DNA of 64,000 nucleotides from an uncultured Alteromonadaceae bacterium (GTDB lineage Bacteria; Pseudomonadota; Gammaproteobacteria; Pseudomonadales; Halieaceae). The first letter of the stretch is position 1; each line of letters begins with the position of its first letter. The stretch covers positions 4,844 to 68,843 of the forward strand of contig CAYVQI010000001.1 of NCBI GenBank assembly GCA_964454155.1. Direction: 5' to 3'. Positions 20,871-29,838 of this stretch are shown here, piece by piece. The notes under the pieces were generated by a model. It worked only from the letters and a program-made list of their open reading frames with translations. It was not told the origin of the DNA and made no database searches. The position numbers and the translations under genes are program-made.

Positions 20871-22019
20871 TCAGAGACCTTCAGGGATTTTCTTGTGGGA
20901 CTCAAACCACGGCAGTGCCACAATTTCCGCGTCTATCAACTCACCACGAATGTCGAGCTGTATCCGTGTCCCGGGCTTAGATAACGCAGTTGGCACGTTC
21001 ACAAGAGCAATATTGTGCTCAAGCCGTGGTGAATAGCAGCAGCGCGTGATGTGCCCAACGACGTTGCCCTCGGAGTACACGTCCCAAAACTTATCGTTCC
21101 CGCCAATGGCCTCCCCGGCAAAATTGGCCCCGACTAACTTGCGCGGCGAACCTTCTTGTGCAATTCGCTTAAGCGCGTCTCGGCCAATGAACTCGGAGGG
21201 CTTATCAAGGTCCATGAGTCTCTCAAGACCAATGGTGAAGGGCGTATCACACGGCGTAATGTCCGAGCCGTGCGATAAGATTCCGCCCTCGACACTTCGC
21301 ATCAGTGATGGGCAAGCCGGCAGTATCCCGTACTCTTTTCCAGCCTCCATAATGAGGTCCCAGAGCTCTGCGCCTCGCGTGTGGTCTAGAAGGTAGATCT
21401 CATAGCCCAGCTCTCCACTCCAGCCGGTCCGAGTCAACACGACGGGAATGCGGTTGAGCTCAAGCTCAACGCACTGGTAGTAGCCTAGGGTAAGCGCAAT
21501 CTCACCAAACAGCTTCTTTGCAACATGGGGCGAGACCGGACCCTGCAACTGTAGTGGCGACACATCAGGCTCACTCACATCGACATCGTAGCCCTTGCCT
21601 AGCGCTAGGCCGGTGGCCCACAAAATAACGTCGCCATCGCCCGGCGACAGCCAAAAACAGTCTTCTGCCATTCGAAACAAAACGGCGTCGTTGATGATGC
21701 CACCTTGGTCGTTACAAAACACGACATAGCGGCCGCGACCCACAGGGCAAGTCGAGATGTCTCTCGGCGTCAACAGCTGCGTGAGCGCCAAGGCGTCAGG
21801 CCCCTTAATTTCCACCTGCCGCTGCACCGAGTGATCCGCCAAGATGACGCCATTGACCATGCCCCAGTATTCCGCCAAAGGGTCGCCAAAATGAACAGGC
21901 AAATACATGTGGTTATAAATCGTGAACGAGCGAACGCCGGCGTCCAGGGTTGATTCAAAAAAAGGTGACCGGCGTACGCGCGGCCCGATTCCTATCGCGA
22001 GTGGGGTGCTGTTTGTCAT
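20871..22019 (-). CDS. GcvT-family THF-dependent demethylase/aminomethyltransferase, DmdA-like
   Basis: RVRRSPF, IYNHMYLP, QRQVEIKGPDA, EPDVSPLQLQGP, RTGWSGELGYEIY. Confidence 0.85.
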   Translation of the reverse strand: MTNSTPLAIGIGPRVRRSPFFESTLDAGVRSFTIYNHMYLPVHFGDPLAEYWGMVNGVILADHSVQRQVEIKGPDALALTQLLTPRDISTCPVGRGRYVVFCNDQGGIINDAVLFRMAEDCFWLSPGDGDVILWATGLALGKGYDVDVSEPDVSPLQLQGPVSPHVAKKLFGEIALTLGYYQCVELELNRIPVVLTRTGWSGELGYEIYLLDHTRGAELWDLIMEAGKEYGILPACPSLMRSVEGGILSHGSDITPCDTPFTIGLERLMDLDKPSEFIGRDALKRIAQEGSPRKLVGANFAGEAIGGNDKFWDVYSEGNVVGHITRCCYSPRLEHNIALVNVPTALSKPGTRIQLDIRGELIDAEIVALPWFESHKKIPEGL

Positions 22020-22042
22020 TTGAAAAGTCTCCGGTGGGCGGG

Positions 22043-22867
22043 CTAGCCCAAGCGTTTAAGTTGTTCTTGAGACCACTGAACAGTGTTGTCTAGTTGATTG
22101 AAGGTGAACATGTACAGGCCTTGGATGGCCATGCGCTCATCGCCGATCGCCGATTTCAATTCTTTGAGCAGCGAATCGGGCTTGTAAGTCGGACTGCGCA
22201 GTAACATGCCTGCCAGTCCCTTTTGCTTACGAGCGTATTTAGCGGACTGGCCGACGCCAATTCGCAGTGATGTTTTGAAGAGTTTCATGCGATCCATGAC
22301 CCCGGGAAGACCGATCCAGACGGGAGTCGTGATGCCGCGATCACGCATCTCTCCAAGCCATTTCAGCAACACAGGCATGTCGAAACACATCTGCGTGACC
22401 ATGTGCGTAGCGATGCCCTGTTTCGCCTCAAGCGCTTCAAACAAAATGTCATCTGAAATCGCGGGATGACCTTCAGGGTATGACGCCACACCGATGCGCG
22501 TGAAGGGGTGGTCCATTTCACTGAGATCTCGCAGCACGGCCGCGGAACTGTCGTAGTCACCCATGGGCGAGTCAAGATCGCCGCCGGGGACGAAGATTGA
22601 GGTGATTCCACTGTCACTCAGCTGCGCGACAATGTCTCGAAGGTGCTGTCGATTCATGACTTGGCGCGCAGCGATGTGCGGCGTCAACATGAACCCTCGC
22701 GACGAAAGCTGCGATACGGTGTCTAAGGTGACTTGCAAGCCCTGCTTGGGCGAGCAGGTAATACCCACTCGATCACCGGCTTTAAGGACCTCGAGTTTGT
22801 CCTCAAAACCCTTCATCGGAATGACTTCGTGGTACAAGGTTTCAAGTAAATTTTTAACGGCGGTCAT
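22043..22867 (-). CDS. Methylenetetrahydrofolate reductase family protein (MetF-like)
   Basis: PHIAAR, FVPGGD, GVASYPEGHP, VTQMCFD, FTFNQ. Start set at ATG 22867 after GGAG. Confidence 0.85.
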   Translation of the reverse strand: MTAVKNLLETLYHEVIPMKGFEDKLEVLKAGDRVGITCSPKQGLQVTLDTVSQLSSRGFMLTPHIAARQVMNRQHLRDIVAQLSDSGITSIFVPGGDLDSPMGDYDSSAAVLRDLSEMDHPFTRIGVASYPEGHPAISDDILFEALEAKQGIATHMVTQMCFDMPVLLKWLGEMRDRGITTPVWIGLPGVMDRMKLFKTSLRIGVGQSAKYARKQKGLAGMLLRSPTYKPDSLLKELKSAIGDERMAIQGLYMFTFNQLDNTVQWSQEQLKRLG

Positions 22868-22970
22868 CGCGAACTCCACCCAACGAATGCGCGAAATTAA
22901 CCCCAAAATTATTCGAGTGCAATAGGTGTAATTTAGACCCCTACTCCGAGGGGGTAGAGCCCCTTTAAAA

Positions 22971-23735
22971 CTAGAACTTTGATAGCCGTTTTTCGGTGTC
23001 AGAAATCGTGTAACTCGACGTACTCTCGGCGTCGAGCGAGGCGCGAATTCCACCTTCTTTTTCGGCCAGACGATAGAGATCTTTCATCGCAGCAACCGCC
23101 TCGGAGCTGTTACCGACAATGCGCGCACAGGTCTCTGACAACGCCTCATCCAAAGCCTCTGGAGTCTCAAAACTGGCATTAGCAACACCCCATTGAACCG
23201 CTTGAACGCCAGAAAAAACTGTCGCCGTAAACGAAAGCTCACGGGCGCGTCGCTGACCGACAGCCCGCGACAGTGTCTGAGACATTCCCCACGTCGGGCG
23301 CAGTCCAAATTTCGTGTGGGTGTCACCAAATTTCGACGTGTCGGTGGTATAGACAAAATCGCAGTGCAACGCCACTTCCAACGCACCGGTGAAACAAGCA
23401 CCGACAGCGCGTGCGATAACGGGAACCCCGCCGTCACGAATGGCCGCCGCCAAAATCGACGCCGGCTCGTCGAAGACGTTACCAATAATCCCACCCTCAG
23501 GCTTTATGCCTTGAAGCACCTTCAAGTCGACACCGGCAGAAAACGCGCGTCCTGCTCCGCGCAGTACGATGACCGACACCTCGTCGTCCTCACTGCCTTG
23601 TTGCACCAAACGAGCCGATTCGGACAACATTTCAGGTCTCAGCGCGTTAAGGGCATCAGGACGGTTGAACTCAATCGTGAGGCACTGGTTCGCAATGGCG
23701 ACATTGATAAATGGCGTTGTCGATTCGTAACTCAT
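22971..23735 (-). CDS. Enoyl-CoA hydratase/isomerase family protein
   Basis: FNRPDALNAL, AFSAGVDL, TGALE, FGDTH. Confidence 0.9.
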   Translation of the reverse strand: MSYESTTPFINVAIANQCLTIEFNRPDALNALRPEMLSESARLVQQGSEDDEVSVIVLRGAGRAFSAGVDLKVLQGIKPEGGIIGNVFDEPASILAAAIRDGGVPVIARAVGACFTGALEVALHCDFVYTTDTSKFGDTHTKFGLRPTWGMSQTLSRAVGQRRARELSFTATVFSGVQAVQWGVANASFETPEALDEALSETCARIVGNSSEAVAAMKDLYRLAEKEGGIRASLDAESTSSYTISDTEKRLSKF

Positions 23736-23806
23736 TAGGTGGCTCTCTCATCAAGGGTAGACGTCACTATCCTAGTAAGCTGAAGCGTCGGCAAGCCTCT
23801 GACGCA

Positions 23807-24751
23807 CTAATATAAAACACGAAGCTCGCTCGCGGCTGTATTCGGCAGTAACTCGCGGATCGTTTGAGCAAGACGCCGAAACAAGGGACGCGCGGGTGAG
23901 CGACCTCGCCAGGCAAGCGCATGGTCGCGGTACATATTTACGCCAAAAACGTCTGTAACCCTGAGCGGATCAGTCTCTCGAATCTCCGAGGCGACGTACA
24001 AGGCGGGTAAAAAAGTAATCCCCATACCCATCACGACCATCTGTCGTAGCGTGTCGAGCGAGGTCCCCTCGAAGTCACGCCGTGTATTCGCGCCAAGCGT
24101 CTGGCACAACTCGGTCACTTGGCGGTGATAAAGGTGGTGCTCGTCCAGCGTCAGCACTTCCTCACCCACAAGGTCCATCCGATTAATTACGTCTTTACTC
24201 GCCAATCGATGATCCAACGGCAGCACCAATTTTAAGGGCTCCCTAAACAGCGGACTGACGTCGAGCCCCGATTCCGAGATCGGCTGGGTCGAGAGGATAA
24301 GATCATGTTTCGCGCTTCTTAAATCCTGGCTAAGCTCGGCGGGTACTCCCTCTCGAACAAACAAGCGAAGTGCCTGAAACCGCTTGTGAATTTCCGGAAG
24401 AACTTGCGGAAGTAAGTAGGGCCCAAGCGTCGGTGTAACACCGATACGGTAGGTCCCGGCAACACCACCGGAAAACCCATGCGCGGTGTCGACAAAACTC
24501 TGCACTTCTTCTTGAATACGATGACACACAGGCATCAACTCTCGTGCCGCCACGGTCGGTGTGGCACCTGAGCGGGTTCTCTCGAAAAGCTTTACGCCCA
24601 AAGACTCTTCAAGCGTGGCGATTTGCGCGGTTAATGTGGGCTGAGTGACGCCCAGTCGCTCAGCCGCACCGCGGAAGCTACCGGCATCGCTAATCGTCTT
24701 AAAATACTCTAATTGACGCAAACTGAAATTAAGTTTTGGCTGCACTCTCAT
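23807..24751 (-). CDS. LysR-family regulator, OxyR-like but lacking the C199 equivalent
   Basis: LRQLEYF...SFRGAAERLGVTQPTLT HTH; PTLGPYLLP; TSLDTLRQMV. Start ATG 24751 after GAGG. Confidence 0.9.
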   Translation of the reverse strand: MRVQPKLNFSLRQLEYFKTISDAGSFRGAAERLGVTQPTLTAQIATLEESLGVKLFERTRSGATPTVAARELMPVCHRIQEEVQSFVDTAHGFSGGVAGTYRIGVTPTLGPYLLPQVLPEIHKRFQALRLFVREGVPAELSQDLRSAKHDLILSTQPISESGLDVSPLFREPLKLVLPLDHRLASKDVINRMDLVGEEVLTLDEHHLYHRQVTELCQTLGANTRRDFEGTSLDTLRQMVVMGMGITFLPALYVASEIRETDPLRVTDVFGVNMYRDHALAWRGRSPARPLFRRLAQTIRELLPNTAASELRVLY

Positions 24752-24766
24752 GACCTCGCGTAGGTG

Positions 24767-24812
24767 ATAGGTTTTTACTATCAAATAATATCAATATATT
24801 AGTAACAACTAT
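24767..24812. promoter_or_regulatory. Putative LysR binding boxes in the divergent promoter
   Basis: ATAG-N7-CTAT at 24767-24781 and ATTA-N7-CTAT at 24798-24812, both T-N11-A, in an AT-rich spacer. Confidence 0.65.
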
Positions 24813-24949
24813 CGCATCCAATCAATAGAGTGACGGCGTAATTACCGTGATATTTGCTCAACTCCGCCTTTCTCACCGGCACCGGCCGTTTTTGTGCGTG
24901 CGGCGAGGCGGCCGCATGCTTTATGTTTTTAACCCTTTTGGAGACCGCA

Positions 24950-25321
24950 GTGAACGAAGAACATGTGATCGCATTGTTTAATGATTGGAATGACGCCTTG
25001 GCTACTGGCGACCCCGACGTGGTCACCCAGATGTACGCAGACAATGCCGTGCTACTGCCAACCGTTTCCAATAAAGTCCGGCACAATCACTCTGAGATTC
25101 GTGATTACTTTGTCGCGTTCCTCGCCAAGAAGCCTCAGGGCGTCATTACCGAGTCTAACGCCCGAGTCCTCTCCGATACGTTAGCTACGAATGCGGGCAT
25201 CTACGTCTTTACGTTTGGTGACGGCGCTCAAGTCACCGCGCGCTTTAATTACACCTATGAGCTGGATAAAGGTGCCTGGAAAATTATTCAGCACCACAGC
25301 TCCGCAATGCCAGAAGGTTAA
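24950..25321 (+). CDS. Iota-class carbonic anhydrase (CaMKII-AD/SgcJ-EcaC, NTF2-like fold)
   Basis: LFNDWNDAL, AVLLPTVSN, DYFVAFL, GIYVF, ARFNYTY, WKIIQHHSSAMPE (HHSS signature). GTG start after GGAG. Confidence 0.85.
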   Translation: MNEEHVIALFNDWNDALATGDPDVVTQMYADNAVLLPTVSNKVRHNHSEIRDYFVAFLAKKPQGVITESNARVLSDTLATNAGIYVFTFGDGAQVTARFNYTYELDKGAWKIIQHHSSAMPEG

Positions 25322-25389
25322 GCCAATCGCGTTCACCTCAGCCCGACAATTCCTTTTTAGATTTTGTAACCTTTTAATGAGCACTGCAC

Positions 25390-27060
25390 ATGAGTCGCAA
25401 ATTTTTTGATTTGAGCAATCTCCGCGGTGATCTTTACGGCGGTCTTACTGCGGGTGTTGTGGCCTTGCCGCTCGCACTGGCGTTTGGTGAGGCATCAGGA
25501 GCAGGCCCTATTGCCGGTGTTTACGGTGCAATTATTGTTGGTTTTTTTGCTGCTCTTTTTGGCGGGACCGGGTCGCAGATTACCGGTCCAACAGGCCCCA
25601 TGGTGGTGGTGTTTGCTGGCGTCTTTGCAACGCTAAACGGTGATCCCACACTGGTATTTGCAACCGTTGTGCTTGCAGGCTTAATGCAGATCGTCTTTGG
25701 GGTCCTCGGTTTTGGGCAATACATTCGCCTCGTTCCCTACCCGGTGGTCTCCGGATTCATGAGCGGTATCGGCTGCATTATTATTGCGCTTCAATTGGCC
25801 AGGCTTTTTGGGCACGAGCCTGAGGGTGGCGGTACGATTCCAGCCCTGATGGAAGTCCCCTCTGCCCTCATGGACCCTCACTTCGGTGCGCTGTTTTTGG
25901 GATTGCTGACGCTTGCGATGGTCTTTAGCTGGCCCGCGACTTGGGGCAAAGTCATTCCTGCCCCGCTCGCTGCGCTTGTTACGGGCACTGTCATTGGTCT
26001 GTCAATCGAAGGCATCCCGATTCTTGGCGCGATTCCAACCGGCTTACCCCGCTTTATCATCCCATCGATCGAGGCCAGCACGGCGATCATTATTTTCGAG
26101 GCGGCAGCCATACTTGCGGCACTCGGCGCAATTGACAGTCTGCTCACCTCTTTGGTGGCAGACAATATGACTCGGACACGCCACAACTCCAACCGTGAGC
26201 TCATTGGTCAAGGGATCGGCAATACGGTGGCGGGCTTCTTCGGGGGCATTCCAGGCGCCGGCGCTACAATGCGGACGGTTGTGAATATCCGAACCGGTGG
26301 CAGCACTCGAATTTCTGGCATGGTCCACAGTGTTTTGCTACTCGGGGTGGTTCTAGTGCTCGCACCCTTTGCAGCAAAAATACCGCATGCCGTGCTTGCG
26401 GGTATATTAGTCAAAGTCGGGTACGACATTATTGATATAGCGTACCTGAAGCGCGCGCACCAAGGTCCTCGATTTGACCTACTCCTCATGGCCTTGGTCT
26501 TGGGGCTCACGGTTTTTGTCGACTTGATTACCGCCGTGATGGCCGGCGTTGTCATCGCCGCACTCGCGTTCGTGAAGCAAATTGCAGATGAGCAGCTCAA
26601 GGCAATCAGCGGCGAAGGAGACAGCGCAGACCTTACGGTTACTGACGCAGAAGCCGAAATCCTTAATGCGGTCGATGATCACCTAACACTCTTCGATTTC
26701 GGTGGCCCATTGAGTTTCGGAGCGGCTGCGGACATGGGTCACCATGTTCGTGAACGTATCGGTCGTTACGATCACCGGGCCATCGTTTTGGATTTTAGTC
26801 GCGTGCCCTTCATTGATGTGTCCGCCGCACGTGCCGTTGAGACCATTGCGGTGGACGCGCACATCGCGGGTAAACGTTTGTATGCGTGCGGGATAAAACC
26901 GGATGTCAGCAAGGTTCTGACAGGGCTCGGTGTTGTCGATCACTTACCTGCTAATATGCAGTACCTGACGCGATTAGAAGCACTGGAGGCTGCAAAAGTA
27001 TGGATTCTGGAAGAAGACTCACTGGACACGCAGCCCCCCACAGGTTCAGCCGCCGCGTAG
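25390..27060 (+). CDS. SulP/SLC26 anion transporter with STAS domain, BicA-like
   Basis: RGDLYGGLTAGVVALPLALAFG, GPTGPM, GAIDSLLTSLVAD, NRELIGQG, GAGATMRT, STAS motif DFSRVPFID. Confidence 0.92.
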   Translation: MSRKFFDLSNLRGDLYGGLTAGVVALPLALAFGEASGAGPIAGVYGAIIVGFFAALFGGTGSQITGPTGPMVVVFAGVFATLNGDPTLVFATVVLAGLMQIVFGVLGFGQYIRLVPYPVVSGFMSGIGCIIIALQLARLFGHEPEGGGTIPALMEVPSALMDPHFGALFLGLLTLAMVFSWPATWGKVIPAPLAALVTGTVIGLSIEGIPILGAIPTGLPRFIIPSIEASTAIIIFEAAAILAALGAIDSLLTSLVADNMTRTRHNSNRELIGQGIGNTVAGFFGGIPGAGATMRTVVNIRTGGSTRISGMVHSVLLLGVVLVLAPFAAKIPHAVLAGILVKVGYDIIDIAYLKRAHQGPRFDLLLMALVLGLTVFVDLITAVMAGVVIAALAFVKQIADEQLKAISGEGDSADLTVTDAEAEILNAVDDHLTLFDFGGPLSFGAAADMGHHVRERIGRYDHRAIVLDFSRVPFIDVSAARAVETIAVDAHIAGKRLYACGIKPDVSKVLTGLGVVDHLPANMQYLTRLEALEAAKVWILEEDSLDTQPPTGSAAA

Positions 27061-27419
27061 GACGGTGTTGGGCGCCGTTAAGCGCCCTGCTAGTGCTCGT
27101 CCTAACCGGGTTGGTACAGGCGGAGAACGACCTGTCTCTGATCCGCGGCCTCGATTCACCACTCGTTATCGACGTGCGCTCGGGTAGTGAGTTTCAGTCA
27201 GGCGCAATCGACGGTGCTATTAATTTGCCAGTCCAAGGGCTGCCCGATACGCTCATTGATACGGGCGTAGAACTCGATCACGAAGTCATCGTTTACTGCC
27301 GCAGTGGCCGTCGCTCGGCACAGGCGAAAACGTTGCTCAAAGCCGCAGGGTTCACCTTGGTCTTCGACGGCGGACCTATGGGTCAACTTGAGCACACACT
27401 CAAAGACTCAGAATCCTAA
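27000..27419 (+). CDS. Exported single-domain rhodanese (PspE-like)
   Basis: Signal-like segment, VIDVRS..EF..G.I.GAINLP, active loop YCRSGRRS. The start overlaps the SulP 3' end (GGAGG at 26985). Confidence 0.8.
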   Translation: MDSGRRLTGHAAPHRFSRRVGRCWAPLSALLVLVLTGLVQAENDLSLIRGLDSPLVIDVRSGSEFQSGAIDGAINLPVQGLPDTLIDTGVELDHEVIVYCRSGRRSAQAKTLLKAAGFTLVFDGGPMGQLEHTLKDSES

Positions 27420-27429
27420 ACGGCTTCAC

Positions 27430-27978
27430 TTATTGTTTCAGTGCACTCAACACTTGATCGACTTTTTCTTGTGATAATCGATCGTCTCCTGCGGCGTAAG
27501 TCTCCGCCATCGCACTGTAGAACTTGGCGTTAAGGAGATTTGCCTCGCCACAGTCTCGCGACGCAACGGCTTTCCCGGGCACGCCCGCAATGACCGTATT
27601 ATCGGGAAACTCACTGCCTTCGGTGACAATCGTATGGCCTGCGACAATACAGTTATTGCCAATTTTCACGCCGTCCATAATCGTTGCGTTAATACCGATC
27701 AAGCAACGATTACCAATGGTGCAGCCGTGTAAGGTCGCGTGGTGCGTGATGGAGCAGTCGTCACCCACGATTGTCGGCGACGCGGCTCCCACATGGATCA
27801 TTACAAAATCTTGGATATTCGTACGTGCACCGATGCGAATTTCAAACGTTTCCGCCCGCGTCACAACATTAGGCCAGACTGATGCCCCGTTACCAATGTA
27901 AACCTTACCGTACAGCCACGCCGACTCGTGAATGTAGGCTGGATTATCTAAGGTGACATTCTTACTCATATGGCCCAT
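27430..27978 (-). CDS. Gamma carbonic anhydrase family protein (hexapeptide repeats)
   Basis: TNIQD, MIH and ITHHATLHGC metal His residues; GVPGK; RBS GAGGAG. Confidence 0.9.
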   Translation of the reverse strand: MGHMSKNVTLDNPAYIHESAWLYGKVYIGNGASVWPNVVTRAETFEIRIGARTNIQDFVMIHVGAASPTIVGDDCSITHHATLHGCTIGNRCLIGINATIMDGVKIGNNCIVAGHTIVTEGSEFPDNTVIAGVPGKAVASRDCGEANLLNAKFYSAMAETYAAGDDRLSQEKVDQVLSALKQ

Positions 27979-28058
27979 CGTTAACTCCTCGTAGACTTGA
28001 CCCACTGTTTCGACCGAGTCTACGTCATTGCAACCTTAGGAATACAGTACGAGCTCAT

Positions 28059-28970
28059 ATGTCCTCTCTAAATGCGCGCTCTAACCAAGAATCACTATTG
28101 TTCGGTCTGATGGCTGTGGGACTCTGGAGCACGATGGCAACCGCGTTTAAGTGGGCACTGCTTTACACAACACCGATGCAATTAATAACCGCCGCCGCGA
28201 CTGTCTCGTGGCTATTTTTTGCGATGAGACTGGCAGTGAGCGGCTCGCTTAGAAGCGTCATGGAGGTGCCGAGGACAATACGGTGGCGATGCTTGATCCT
28301 GGGCTTACTCAATCCTGGCTTGTATTACTGGATTCTATTTCAAGCCTACGACTTACTGCCTGCGCAAGACGCGATGGCGATTAACTATACGTGGGGGCTA
28401 ACGCTACCCTTGATCGCGTCCTTATTTTCGAAAATAGTGCCGACAAGATCGGAGATAGGACTCGCGCTTCTCAGTTACCTGGGTATTTTGATTATCGTCA
28501 CCGACGGTGACCTGAGTGCCTTCGAGTTTACAGCCCCTCTCGGCGTACTTCTTGCGCTCTTATCGACTGTTATCTGGGGACTGTCTTGGGTGTTAAATTC
28601 CCGCTTTGTGGACACGCATCAGCTGAATCCGGAGGTCACACTTTTTCTAAATTTTACTGCGGCCACTCCAATTTTGTGGCTTCTTACAACGCTAAGCGAT
28701 GGCGCCATTGCACTCACGTGGGCGTCGATTCTCAGTGGGCTTTACGTCGGGCTGTTGGAAATGGGCATCGCATTCGTTCTCTGGATGAACGCCCTGAGAC
28801 TGACCAATAATCCTATTCGAGTCAGCAGTCTCATCTTCTTAGCGCCGCCGTTATCCCTCGTGTTAATCACCACCGTACTTGGCGAGCCCATCTCTCAAAG
28901 CACCCTTCTGGGGCTCGTGGTCATTCTGCTTGGCCTCGCAGGCCAACAGTTTGTCAGCCAGTCTAGGTGA
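28059..28970 (+). CDS. DMT/EamA family transporter
   Basis: About 10 TM segments; NPGLYY.ILFQAY, INYTW, YVGLLEMG, LGEPI. Confidence 0.88.
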   Translation: MSSLNARSNQESLLFGLMAVGLWSTMATAFKWALLYTTPMQLITAAATVSWLFFAMRLAVSGSLRSVMEVPRTIRWRCLILGLLNPGLYYWILFQAYDLLPAQDAMAINYTWGLTLPLIASLFSKIVPTRSEIGLALLSYLGILIIVTDGDLSAFEFTAPLGVLLALLSTVIWGLSWVLNSRFVDTHQLNPEVTLFLNFTAATPILWLLTTLSDGAIALTWASILSGLYVGLLEMGIAFVLWMNALRLTNNPIRVSSLIFLAPPLSLVLITTVLGEPISQSTLLGLVVILLGLAGQQFVSQSR

Positions 28971-29838
28971 GCGCGAGCTCACGCAACCGTTCTGAAAGGT
29001 AACTGTTTGCGGTATAACGCGGCGACAACACCACTTCAGGGCGAGGGTGTAAAAAAAGCGGGAGCGACATTCGACCTTTCTGAGCCTGGCCCTCACTCGG
29101 TGTTGCTACCCGATGAGTGGTCGAACGTAAAAATCCGCCCGTGGCTTCTTGCAACATATCACCAATATTAACCACAACCTGTGACGGGCGATTGATCACC
29201 TCGAGCCAACCGCCATCGATTCGCTGGAGCTCAAGACCCGGCCCGTCCGACGCCGGCAAAACAGTCAGTAAGTTTATGTCTTCGTGTGCAGCGGCTCTCG
29301 GAAGCTCAACGCCTGCGACGATCGGCGGGTAGTGAAGCACGCGCAACATCGTTTGCGCACTTCGCTCGATCATAGCCTCCAAAGGCATCGATAGCGCATC
29401 GGAAATGTCTTTCGGTAAATGCGTGGCGACCCACTTTAGCAACGTGGATGAAAATTCAAGGCAGTCCTGATAATGCGCGTCAAGGTCGGCCTTCAAATGA
29501 CTCGGGCAGCGGCCCCAGCTGTAATATTGGAAATACTCTTTGTGGTCTCGTACCGCTTGCCCCTTAGCACTCTCGGCCTGCTCTAAGGCGACATAGCCGT
29601 CCTGCTTTTTACCGTCTATCGAAAAATCACTCGCACCACCCGAGCTAAAATACGTTTGCCATTCTTGATAAATTCGGTCAACCCGGGACATGTCGAGAGG
29701 ATGCGCAATAAGCGTGGCAAAGCCAAACGACTTAAGGCTCTCAAAAAACTCTTCGCTTGCGGTATCGGAGGTGTAGTCAATGAGTGGAAGCTGGTCTAGC
29801 TGACGACCCACAGTTTTACCGTGCAGTTCACTCATCAC
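28963..29838 (-). CDS. 2OG-Fe(II) oxygenase (IPNS-like)
   Basis: HEDINLLT (HxD), VNIGDML, STTHRV, RMSLPLFLHP. Confidence 0.92.
   Translation of the reverse strand: MMSELHGKTVGRQLDQLPLIDYTSDTASEEFFESLKSFGFATLIAHPLDMSRVDRIYQEWQTYFSSGGASDFSIDGKKQDGYVALEQAESAKGQAVRDHKEYFQYYSWGRCPSHLKADLDAHYQDCLEFSSTLLKWVATHLPKDISDALSMPLEAMIERSAQTMLRVLHYPPIVAGVELPRAAAHEDINLLTVLPASDGPGLELQRIDGGWLEVINRPSQVVVNIGDMLQEATGGFLRSTTHRVATPSEGQAQKGRMSLPLFLHPRPEVVLSPRYTANSYLSERLRELALT

Noticed and set aside
22868-22970. SAM/THF riboswitch upstream of the metF-like gene
   Set aside because: Only short G/C hairpins are present. I cannot recognise a SAM-II, SAM-V or THF consensus.
22971-23735. DmdD assignment for the crotonase next to the DmdA-like gene
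   Set aside because: It has His (FGDTH) where DmdD has its second catalytic Glu.
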